A DNA stretch of 64,000 nucleotides from Amphiscolops sp. MND2022. Lineage: Eukaryota. Position numbers and translations under genes: made by a program. The stretch covers positions 45,262,001 through 45,326,000 of the forward strand of contig OZ076409.1 in assembly GCA_964187785.1 (NCBI GenBank), given 5' to 3'. The notes under the pieces are model-generated. The model was not told the origin of the DNA. It ran no database searches and saw nothing but the letters and a program-made list of their open reading frames with translations. Shown piece after piece: positions 13,750 through 25,978 of the stretch (positions within the stretch are counted from its first letter, which is position 1; each line of letters starts with the position of its first letter).

Positions 13750-16700
13750 TGTGCCCAGCACACAGCAGCGACTGCACAGACTGCTGAAAAGAACGCGAAC
13801 TCAGTTTTTACGATATATGAATCAGCTACCAATTGTTGGTTTCAATAGTGGATTTTAGGATTTCAATTTGATAACGTCATAACTTTTAATGTCTCTGCAA
13901 CGATTCGTTAGCTTGTCATCCATCAAGTGTATTAAACGAAATACTCGCTTCTTACTTCTTTCGGAACCAAACCTGCGCTTCAGGGACTGTAGTCTTTTTG
14001 TGGCAGCTGAAACATCTTTGGACAAGTTTTAGAAAACTTACACTAGCAAAGTCGGCAATTTTTCTTTGCTTACGAACAACTCATCAGTTTTGAAATTTTA
14101 CAAAAATCTTTGTTTGGAACGGAGGCAGCCTCAACGATCCAACCAGACCAAAGTTAGGGTTGGAAGTATATGAGGACTTAAAACAAACATGGAAGCAGAA
14201 GGGTTTTCAAACAATGATGGATTGTTTACAATATTGCAATAAAATTGATGTCTATCCCCATGTGGAATGCCAAGGTCAAACTGTCACATTTCAAGACCTG
14301 AAATACTTTTCGCAATCATTTGGATGATTTTGTTACCATACCATTCGATTGATAGTTTACACAAAAAATCAATTGAAAGAGATACATATCTCCAACGTTG
14401 ATTTTAACCAGCAATCTACAGATCTTACCATGGCGCAGTAAGCAAGCTTTTTTTCTAATCCGTTTTTACACTGTGAAACCCTTTAATATAAATACTCCAT
14501 CAACATAACATGGCAGTGGCAACAAAGATTCAACGACCACATCTGGAAGATACCGGACTAGAAGGGAAGAAACACACACCCAAAGAACGGACCGAACAAT
14601 TTCGGCATTTCAGAAAAAGAATCTATAACATCGACATCAAACAAATATTAACGGATAAAACTGTACCCACCGGCAAAAACTGGGACACAAAAGTACCAGA
14701 AATCAGAAAAGACTTCAAATGGGGCGCCGGACCATCAGCAGTCGAAATTATCAAAAAAAGAGAGTCCAACACGGATCCCGATACAATCAAAAAGGTCAAT
14801 TAATACAACTATTCGGGGAAAACTGAATGCGAAAAAGAAACTCCTACCACAGCCCTGGATAATTCGTCTGGACAAAACAAGGAGACAACACGACATTCGA
14901 AGAAAACTGGAAAAAGCAAATAACCCTAGAAAAGTACTGCCACTACAAAGACATAAAACAGGAAAACCTCCTTATATAAAGGTTCATCGCAAGCCTAACC
15001 GACAAAAAATTTCGGGAAAAATTCATCCGTGAAAAAACCTCAAACTTCGAAACAACCGTGGAACTTGTCACTCAAAACAGTTACGACCGCCGACACAAAC
15101 TATCTACCACTCCACCTGCCTTTGCAAAACGTAAAAAATAAAACAAGAACCTTTCGAAAAACTTCAAGCAAAACAATATCGAGAACAACGAAACCAACGA
15201 AAATTAACTGCGGATTCTGCTACTGACAGAACTGGACCCCCTTATAACTGCCCGGCAAAAACTGTAAAATGCAACAACTGCCAGAAAATAGGTCATTTTT
15301 AACGGGTATGCAGCGGAAAATCAAACAACATTACAAGAAAAACCAACTACCTAGGGGACATAACAGCAGACGACAACGAAAAACATGAATCCGAAAAAAA
15401 CGCCAAATCAAACCAATCAACCAAAAATACAGGACAACAACGACCACTACGGCGTCGAAATAAAATAAAACGGAGAAAAACAGAAATTTATCATCGACAT
15501 TCTGCGGCTCTCCGGTCACCATCATGCCTAACAATAGGACCCTATACAAAACAGAAGACATCCGACCATTGAAAGAAAGACACCAAGATGTGAACAATTT
15601 TGAAACGAAGTTCGTGGAGAAAGTAAAAATCAATAATGAATAAAACAACACACGAATCAAATTACCGCCCCTGATTAAAAAAAGAACCGATATAACACCC
15701 CTATTAGGAGTGAAATGGTTAAAGCAACTACCAATCACCATCAATAGAATCTTATTGGACAAAGAAACCAACCAACCACAGACGGCGATACACACAATTT
15801 TCAAGAAACTTTTTAAAACAAATCAGACAATCAAAAATACCTAAGTGAAGTTACAGATCGAACCAGGATAATACCCAATCCCACAAAAAGCACGACCAAT
15901 ACCGCATCACCTACAAGATGATGTAGAAAATGAATCAGACCGAATAATAAACTCCGAACACTGGGAAATACTAGAAACAATTGAAGAAGATTGTTTCGTA
16001 TCACCTATAGTAATTACGGTAAAAAAAACAGTCGGAACCGCGCTCGATTTCCGCAAATTAAGTGACAATTGCATGAAAAAGGGACCACACATGCCAAATA
16101 TGGACGAACCAATTGCCTTCGCTAGCCGATACCTTAACCACGCAGATAAAACAGATAAAAATTATTTCTGCGGCGAATTGCAATTACTAGCTCTAGTTTG
16201 AGGCCTCGAACGATTTAGATTTCAACTCTACGGAAAACAACTCGAATTATTCTCATACCACCAAGCTTTGGAACCTTTACTGAAGAAAACCAAAGCGAAC
16301 AAACAATACAGCGTTCAACTTACACGGTGGTTAGACAGATTAAACCATTTTGACATAACACACAAATACACTGCCGGTAAAGAAATTAAGTTCACTAATT
16401 TCGTCAGCCGAAATCCAACAGAAAACGTTGAGCCAGAAAAAAAAATACAAAGAAGAATTTGTCATCAACGCCATCGCGCATTTTGCAACGGTAAATGGTC
16501 GCATTGAACAGATTTTTAACCAATCAGGAAACAGAAACACGGACAAGACGGCAAGCATGCCTGAAGCGCGCGCGCAGACTGGTACGCGCCGCTGCAAAAC
16601 ACACAATCGCCATTCCAATTTGATACTGACCGCTAATCAGATTGACACCGGAAACAGTGAGTATATTACTCATCTACAGCAAAGACATATGAACGACAAC

Positions 16701-19700
16701 ATCAATAACCGACAAAATACGAACAAATTTACACACGACGGCAAATTAAAATACCACTGGTGAGGCAATTCCCCAGAACCCAGAGAGCTTGTCGAAAGAA
16801 GAATGGAACTGACAAGACCAGGCCACATGCGCTACGAGAATATCGCGACGGGTCTATCGACGTCCATTCTGTGCGGATTAACTAACCGAGTTATCGAGAA
16901 AAAAGCAACCAGAAACCGTCAACAAGACGAGAACATCCGGTCAGGCCACTTGGATTTTATGCTCGACCTGGAAAACCTCAATAAAGAAACAGCAGCAGTC
17001 CCTGACCTGATAGAAGTGCAATGCTGTCTAGAAGACAACTACACGCTGGCAATTCCCAAAGACTACAAACACGTGGCAAAAACTAACCCAACGCTCTGGA
17101 AGAACAAAAACGACAACCGCATCATCGTCCCCAAAAGTCTACGTTATGCCGCACTAAAGGTAATACACTTCTGCCACACAGGAATCAACAAAACGTGCAG
17201 CGACCCAACAAACGTCTGGTGGCCAAACCTCGAGCTGACATTGAGAAGAAAACCAGGACTTGTTCCGCTTGCCTAAATGCCGGTAAGAACTTAAAAACCC
17301 AACTACCCAATACCGAAAATTCGAAACTCGAACCGACAAAATCCCAGGAGAGGAAATACATATTGACTTTAAGGGGAAGCTAAAAAGCAAACATATAAAA
17401 TCCTCCCTATTTATATTAGTTGGAGTGGACAAAATTACCTGTTGGCTGATAGCTTAAATGTGTAAAAATACCAACCGTGATACGGTTATAACATTCTTAC
17501 GGGAATACATAAACGTATACGGAGTACCACAGAAATTATATCAGATAAAAACAGTGCCTTTATCTCAAAAGAGTATAAAAGTTTTTGCAGTTAATACAGT
17601 GTAAGATGTGAATACGGTACTCCAAATCTACAGTCCGGTAATGGATTGGTCGAGAGTCGAGAGAATCATCCAATCATTGAAGAATTTGATAAAAGCAAGT
17701 TTAGAAGAGATACAGAACTTACGCGAAAACCTAATTAAAGCACTGTATGTCCTCCACTTTACCACACACACAGAAATGAAGAAAACTCCATTCGAAGTAC
17801 ACTTCGGGCAAAAACCCGGAACTAAACTATCTAACCTGAAAAATGCTATTTCAGTTGACTCCAAAGTCTTGTCAGTCTACATTTCCTGCAAATCCTCCGG
17901 AGACATCACGGACTACTTGGTGATATCCAGAAAGAGAAGCAATGACTCGAAGTAACGGAGAGGGATGACCTTCACCCAAAACAAAAAACCGTCAATTACG
18001 GTAAGTAGCAACAAAAACTCCATTTACCCGTTTACTTTCGTTGAGAAAGTCCATACAAAGAGCTCATTCGGTAGTAAGTTTGATGGCAAACTGCAGATTG
18101 CAGTCTGAGGTACCAAACACACCATCATCACCGACAAAAACAAAATTATACTCGGAAAACTAATCTCTAACCCAATATCTTTTCAGAACATAGACATATC
18201 AACGAAGAGAATCAATACAAGACTCTCGACTACAGCTGACCAGCTGTCCTGCTCCAAGACGAACGAGACCGGCACAACAAATTGCGGTTACAGCAGAAAA
18301 GAACCGCCGCGAGCAGAAAACACCGAGAACAGCGCTGATTGGCTAAACAAAAGAGCAACCGAGGAACGAGAGGGGACAATTTACGAGACCTGACAAATTA
18401 GCCAGCAAACCCGTGGCACTCGATCTGAGTACGGTGTCAGACGACGATTTCCAATATTATAATACTAGTGAAGGAAAGCCAGTGCACACCAACTTAAACG
18501 ACGAACTGCAATTCTTGCCAAAAGAAACGAACCTAACTCAAGAAACTGGTATGAAAACAAGAGAACGAAATGACAAATCCCACCTAACGGTGAGAAAATC
18601 AAAAAGAATATCCCATGCCAAATAATCCGACAAACTAGGCAGTATCCCATACTATACTTATACCAAGAAAACAATAACAAGTAACATTTGTATTTTATAG
18701 GTAAACAGATCAACTAGCCGGACCAACTGCAGAGAAACAGTAATGAGGAACCGGACAACCGAAATATACGGTTAATTACAAAGAGCCACCAAACTAACTG
18801 TGTGATACGGACATACAAACCCAAACAACCAAACGTAGCCAACTTCACCTGGAGGGGTGAAGGTGGAATGCCAAGGTCAAACTACCACATTTCATGACCT
18901 GAAATACTTTAGACAGAGAAGTGTTTAAATACTATTTATAAACAAACTCTAATTGATTTCTGTCGCAATTCTGTTGATGATTCTGTTACCATACCATTCG
19001 ATTGATAGTTTACATTAAAGATCAGTTGAAAGAGATGCATATTCCCAGCGTTGTTTTTAGGCGGCAATCTATAGATCTTAACACCCCTCCACAAGGCTCT
19101 GATCAAAATGGCCAGTTTTATGACTTGCTATGACTTTAGAACATTCAACTGACTTGCTGAAGGAAACTCTAACACTCAGTGGTGCCGCCAACAACTCTCA
19201 CATCGATCAAACAAGGGCGAGGGAGTTTTTTTGTTCATGTATAAAAACAAGGATTTGTATCAAAGTGTTCGAAACAACATTATTGAGCGCCCAAGTGTAG
19301 TTTTTAGTCGTTACTGTAATCAATGATGAAAAATCAAGTCAAAAGCTGGTTATGATGCCAACGCTTTATATTTATTTGCTATTGGTGGAAACATGCCAAC
19401 TGGACCTTTGACAGTTTTGTGTGTAACAGCGACAACACTCTGTTTCCGGAAAATGTAAATGTTTACAGGCTGAACGACTGTAGGTTGCTTTCATTTCCAA
19501 ACAACTTCATGATCAAAATCCAAATTGTTCAGTAACCACTCGTTTCAACAATATACGCCACCGAATTAGAACACTCGTTCCCGATGCTATCTGTGTGTCC
19601 TGTAAAACAGTTTGGGAATTTTTGGGGTGTTATCATCACTCCCAAGACTGTATGAGTTTGGTTAGTTGACAAATTTGAATTTAAATAAAATCATGCTCTT

Positions 19701-21146
19701 TCTCATGGGGTGCTTCATACTGCTAAATGTTTCAGCCGCTTCGGATTCATAGAAAAACACCGGCAAAAATACCTGAAAATTACAACGAGCGTGAAGAAGT
19801 TATTTTAAAAGCTGGATTCCGTGTAATTGTGCAATGGGATTGTCAATGGAATCAGCCTAGAGAAACCGACCTCGAAAAAAAATCTCTATGAGAAACATTG
19901 AGTGTCTAATACAAAAGTTTTCAACGTTGGAGACATTTCTCAATGCCGTTCTGGAAGAAAAAGTCTATGGAATAGCTGAAATTGACATCAACGTTCCAGA
20001 TCACATAAAGGATTTCTTTACATAACTTCCACCCATCTTCAAAAATACAACTGACGAGCGACAAGATCTTTCTGCTGAAATTCAAGATTTTGCAGAAGAG
20101 TTTGGCTTGATGAACAACGGTTGAAAATGTCTTGTTGCCAGCTACTTCGGGGAAAAGATGATGTTATCTAACGACTATATTAAGTGGTGTTTGGAACATG
20201 GTTTGGTTGTTAGAAAATGCTACCAAATACTTTGTTATGAAGAAGCACAAGCCTCCAAAGACTTTTCTGATTTTGTAACGGAAAACAGTCTAGATGTAGA
20301 CAAGTCGCTCAGCGTGATTGCACAAATATCCAAACTTATTGGTAACAGCGCAATTGGCATCCAACTCATGAACTAATCAAAATTTCAAACCACGGTTTTT
20401 GTTGTTTTTGTTGATAAAGTAACGTTGATCAAAAAATCAATTCACCAAAATTCCGGACTTATGACATTGTGGATGAGAAGATTTACGGAAATAACATGGC
20501 CAAAAGAAAAATTGTGCACGATGAACCCATTCTCGTTGGTTTTACAGAACTAAACAATGGAATACAAAGAATGTTAGAACTTCGCTATGACTTTCTCGGC
20601 AGGATTATAAGACCAAGGCCTTTTCGTGCTACAGAGATGGAAACAGACTCGTTCTACGTGGCTTTGACAGAAAACGACTGTTACGATGGTTTCACTGAGG
20701 TTGCGAAAACACAAATGCAAGAAAATGCAAAGTATTATCAGAACAAAAAGTTTGCTATCTACCAAATGCTCAACTGAATTTTCTAACACCAAGCTGTTGT
20801 AAAGAATACGGTGCAATGGATAAAAGAACACCAGCACTTTTCAAAAATGAATCGAAAGGAACGGCAATGACTTGTCTCAACAGCAAAACCTACTGCGCAT
20901 TTAACGATAGGAACAAAAAGATGAAAATGGCTCTCAAAGATAGCAACAAAAATCTAGAGTCGCCATTGGAATGATTCAAATCAGTTTTTTTCCAACAAAG
21001 AACCCTACGAAGGATCCAACAAAGGATTTCGCTACTACTGAGGAAAAATGTTGACATCTAAACAAAGGAACATGTCTATTACATACTTTCCATACAACCA
21101 ACTTGTACATGCTGATGGTGTTACAAGTTCCTCAATAAATGCATAG
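13750..21146 (+). pseudogene. Fossil protein-primed family-B DNA polymerase (pPolB) of a Maverick/Polinton-like element, interrupted by Gypsy element 2 (pieces 13750-14260 and 19084-21146)
   Basis: Translated motifs in order: LPIVGFNSGF*DFNLI (Exo II-like, ~13826-13875), TSLDKF*KTY, MMDCLQYCNKIDVYP|LHKALIKMASF (continuous across the Gypsy insertion), GYDANALYLFAIGGNMPTGP (motif A, ~19347-19406), LPPIFKN, SKLIGNSAIG (motif B, ~20328-20357), EMETDSFYVAL (motif C, ~20635-20665), CLNSKTYC, ending ADGVTSSSINA*. Confidence 0.85.
14261..19083 (+). mobile_element. Decayed Ty3/Gypsy LTR retrotransposon 2 with RT core deleted
   Basis: LTRs at 14261-14430 and 18862-19083 (5' copy has an ~50-bp internal deletion). 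PBS-like TGGCGCAG at 14431. PPT GGAGGGGTGAA. Flanks CCCCA/CCCCT (imperfect TSD). Remnants of gag zinc knuckles, protease (FIID..GSPVT), RNase H (PIAFASRYL) and integrase. Confidence 0.9.
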
Positions 21147-22089
21147 GGTGACTCTGATTTTTTTCTCTATAACACTGGTTTGAGTATATTGGTTTTTCCA
21201 ATTTCACAGAATTCCATCAACTTTCAGAAACGGCTATAACAATGAAAGGACACCACTGGGTCGAAATTTTTCCTGATCTAGTTGACTTGTGGGTAGAGCC
21301 CTTGCTAACAATGGAAGACTTGGGGACTGCAAAATTACTGGATCAACAGTTTTAATTAACGTTTGAGAGAAGAAAAAATCCGTCAGACTCATGAAAAGGG
21401 TAAAAGAGTTATCAAAGTTGAGTTTTCATGTGGTTCAGCAGGAATTCATGAAAATATTTTACTTTATAGATTTTTTGACATCATCGGCGTCACCATGCAT
21501 ACTACTCATCATCAGTCATCCAGTCTTGCAAAATGTCTTCAATTTGTTGAACTTGACCCAGCCGTGACAACGAGCGTTCAAACAGTTCTACAACATCAAT
21601 GTTGAGATGCATCACACTATCATCAGCAGCATTATCTTCGTCAAATGAAACCATTGAATCTTAACCGCTGTCTATTGCAAGACTGTCAGAATCATTGCTC
21701 TAATTTTCAATATCCATATATCTTGTGTTTCGATTTCAAACAAGTAATAATCACGTGTTGACTTTATGAAAACACAAATGCAGAGAATATACACTTTTCG
21801 CGTTGAACCATGAGTGTTTTTTATGTTTGCCTATAAGTAGTCCTTGCACAAATACTTGGAAAGATTCAGGACATGCTGAGGTTCAAACCTGGATAACAAC
21901 AGATCCCACTAGAAGGAAGAAGGCAAGATAATTAGGAATTTTGCAAAGTACTACTTTGTCACCAATAAAACTATCTTCGTTTAGATCAGTTTTTGCTTGG
22001 CTCAATGGAAAAACCATTCCACTTTTGTTAGTCGTTTTTTCGTCAACCAATGAAATCAAATGATAGGTGACGTTATTTAAGTGTTTTTG

Positions 22090-22208
22090 CATTCGGTTAC
22101 GTCATTGTGTCGCACTCATGACGTCATTTTGGAGTTCGGGTTAAGACCATATTTGGTTACTCACTCAACCCAACCCCCGCTCCCGCCTATAATGCCACTT
22201 CTACTACT
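22090..22208. repeat. Candidate Maverick/Polinton right terminus
   Basis: Ends in CTACTACT (Polinton termini are typically AGTAGT...ACTACT) about 1 kb after the pPolB stop. TGACGTCA and CCATATTTGG motifs lie just inside. No matching left end found. Confidence 0.4.
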
Positions 22209-22915
22209 GACATCTATCGAAAATTCGACAAAAGTTGCAATAAAACGTGAAAAACTGCAAATATTTGCAGTTTTTACTATTCTTGGGGTCATTTTTGGGT
22301 CTTTCTGGTGTTCTTGGGGTCAACTACAAAAAGTCTGGAAATCTCCGCAAATACAAATCGCACGAAGCAAAAGTGAGTCGAATTCTATGGGTAACACTCT
22401 TAAACTTAAATATAAATTTGATGCTTGGCAAATTTCGTAAAAAACCGTTTGATTCAAATATTTTCCTTTCCCATATGGAATATGAGCGGAAAATAAAAAT
22501 ATCGTTGTAATTATGATCAAAATTCTCGGAAGTTTCATCGAAAAGGTCCCGTTTAGGAAACTTTTCTTCCTGGAACTTTTTGTCAGATGTACGTCCTGAG
22601 GAAAAACTGCTTCCAAAGTTTTCGCCTGTGATATTGGCTGTCAGTATTTTTGATTTTTTGGTACCATAGTGTGTCTCTTAAAAATGTTACTTAGCAGTTT
22701 AAAATTCATCATTCTCGGATGTTTCATCGAAGAAGTCCCGTTTTTCGTTATCTCCTTGTGGTGCTTGACATCCACAGCCAATAATTTCAGCAGCGTCTCT
22801 CGTACAATGTAAAAGGGCGCATTCTCTCTGCCTCGCATACATGTGTCATCTCTCGTCTGAAGTCAGATATATGTTTTAGTCTAGTTTTGCCCTGGAGGGA
22901 GCTCGGTCCCCACTG

Positions 22916-23438
22916 CAGTGAATTTACTCGTGTACTGAAAACCGTGTATCGTGTTTTTGGTATACTTTTCCATAAAGCATCGGTATCGTGTACGAAAAAG
23001 CATCGTGTACGGTACCGTGTATCGACTGTAAGAAATCGAGTTTATGAAAATTCATTTAGAAAACGCATTTTAACAGTCTTTTCCAAATTCGTTGGTAAAA
23101 CTCTGTTTCGTCTGTCATCACATCTCAAATTACGGAAAGAAAACATACTTTCCACTGAGACAGAACTGACCTGAATGTCCAGAACTAGATGTTTGATCCC
23201 TTGTTCCAGTTCCTTTTTGCCAGAATGTCAGGATCATTTCATCCCTTTCCGAGTTATTTTTAGGCCAGCGAGTGAACCCCGAGTAACTTTTATACTCATT
23301 TCAGAAGCCGATGAAATTGTTTCATTTTCTCTTGTAAATCGTGTATTTTGAGTGAATCGTGTAAATCGGTAGTTCGTGTAACGGTACCAGAAAGTTCGTG
23401 TAGTCCGGTACGGTACATGTACCGACGTCAATTCACTG
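22916..23438. mobile_element. hAT-type MITE
   Basis: TIR CAGTGAATT...AATTCACTG; perfect 8-bp TSD CCCCACTG (22908-22915 and 23439-23446); subterminal (T)CGTGTA repeats. Confidence 0.85.
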
Positions 23439-25039
23439 CCCCACTGCATAACTGCATCCTCATTTCCTGACTTCAGTTCAAATATTTTGACTTCACCCCG
23501 CGAAAAATTTCGACCTTTAATTGCAAGGACATACGTGCTTTTTCCAAGAGCCTTGTTTATTCTCATTTTGAGGGAGTTTCGCTTGAAGATTTGCCTTGTG
23601 AAGCTTTTATTGTAAGCAGTAGTGCTCTAGAAGGAACAACAGCTCTAATTATTTTGGTAATTGGATACTCAAAATCACGTTGCTTTCTCTGAACACTTCT
23701 AATTAGTCCTAGGGTTTGACAACGACCAAGCAATTAGGTTCTCCAGTTTTTCGAGAGTAATTGTATTTGCAGGAAACTCTTGAATAATCCCATGGAAACT
23801 CCGGAAGACTCGACATGGAAGTCCCTAAAAGCGCCTATTGTTTTCGTTTTATTTACATGAAGCAATCCCTATGGGTCTTTTTTCACAAAGCAGCAGAGTC
23901 GAAAATGGTATTGCCGAATGGTGTATAGCTGAAAATGTAACGCGATACAATCTACTCGATATTCTTTTGTCCATTTTGACCAGGAACAGTAAACATTGAA
24001 ACATAATTACGCGGATGCACCACATAATGGCCTTTTTTCAACATTACAAAATCCTATCTCTGAAGTGTAACAAAATGGCAATTTTTGAAAAGTAACAGAA
24101 TGGCCAATTTAACATAGCGCCATTTCAGGTTGGCCTTCGTCAAAATCAGTCGCTAGTTAAATAATGGCACGTCGCTCCGCTCCTGCACGTAGGGAACTAC
24201 AGGTGTGCCTGATCAGGTCTTTGTTACGCTCCAAAAATCTGCCATTTTGTTCCGTTTTATATACGGCTGTTTTGTCGCCATGACTTTTTCAGAGGCTACT
24301 ATGACTTTTTCAGAGGCTACATACTCGCAAACGACCAACTAATCCGTAACGTATACGGCCTGGATACGTTTTAGAGGCCCGTTTTTCGCGGTAATAACTA
24401 TCTCCTAAGGACATTTCCTCGAGTTCTTCTGTTTATAATAGCATAATTGCCCAGATCGCCCCCTCGTAAGTAGTATGTCTAATTAATTTAATATTTTAAT
24501 TTGTTATATTTTATAATGTTTAACTGCTTGCTCAAATGGTACCGCGGATTTCATCCCAAAACAGTCCATCTATTCTTCCCCTGAAATAATGCACCTGCTA
24601 ACTGGAGGTTTTTAATTGTTCTCTTTTGTCAAACCGATTGGGGTATGATTAATATCGTACCCCCGCTTCTGCCCCCGATGCAAAAATCCCGCGTTAGAGT
24701 TCCTAGGAGTCTATATCTTTGCTCCCTGTGACCATTGCAGACTCCTGGGGCCAGTAAAGTCGGGCATCGGGTGTGCAGAAGTCTTAAATAAAAACTAGGT
24801 CACCAAGGGTACGAGATACGAGTTTTCGGTAAAAATTTGACTTTTTTCCACCTACTTTTCCGAATTTTCCAACATATAAGCAATGACCACCTCTACCCAC
24901 CTATTTGATGAAATCTGCTGCACTCAGCAAAACATTGAAACGTTTAAAACGGTTAAAGGATTACTGTTAACGAAGTTTTTTTTGTCTTTCAATACGATAT
25001 TTTTTTCATTGAGACTTTTTCAACGCTTTTCATAAAATT

Positions 25040-25203
25040 CAAATTGTTTTTGTTTGTGAAAATTTGAGCTTGCAAAGTGTTTAGGATAGGCTTCCTCCAA
25101 GCGGGCTTGTGCGCCCTTGGAAGTCTGTTTTGGTCATAAATTTGTTTATTTATACACTGTAATTGTAATAAGAATGGCCAAATGAATTATTATTATATAT
25201 TAT
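25040..25203 (+). mobile_element. Short 3'-end fragment of a LINE or LINE-tailed SINE
   Basis: Stem-loop GGCTTCC...GGAAGTC shared with the LINE 3' ends at ~43733 and ~59643, followed by an (ATT)n tail. Confidence 0.55.
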
Positions 25204-25978
25204 TTGTTGCTATTTCAAGATTGACCGCTTTGTTACCTTCATTAAATCGGTCCATTTGTCATGCCTAAGATTCGGTCATTTTATCGAGTCCTCAAGTACG
25301 TTATTCGGCTCCATTTGATAAGTTGAAAAATGTTGGCCCATAGCGGGATTTGAATCCATCCATCGATTTATACCTGTCCTAAAAAAGTGACTAACAGCCG
25401 GGCGCCTTCAGTTTAACAAGAAACGCCGAGATGAATATCGAGGTGTTTGAGTTAACTTGTCTTTCAGACAGTAGGTCTCAGTCTGCTTATGACAATGTTT
25501 GTGATGTTTACTTTGAGGGTTGTCATATTTGGAAATCAAATTGAGACAATGTAAACTAAGGATGCATTTTTTCCGGAAACTTGTCCCAAATTGTAGAAAA
25601 TCTGTTCAAACATGAAAAAGACAAATTTCGCAAAAAGACAACGTTCAGTCAATTCACTCGGATAGATGATTTCAAAGAAGCAAGCCATTAGATTTCAGAT
25701 ACCTTAGCTGGAACTGATAAACGTTGTTTGAAAGTAGACTATTTCAACAAGGCTAGTTTAGAATCTATACACAAAATAGAATCACAGTCTGTGGTGATAA
25801 TTTTGACATAAGTATTGCTGAAAATTTTATATTAATCTAGTCAAACCGATTTTTAAAACGCCTGGATTCACTAAGCTTTCACATGGAAATCATGTGGTGG
25901 AAAAAATCGAAAAAATTTCCAGCATTTATACATTTTTATATTTACAAATTTTACAAAAACATGTACATAATAGAACAA

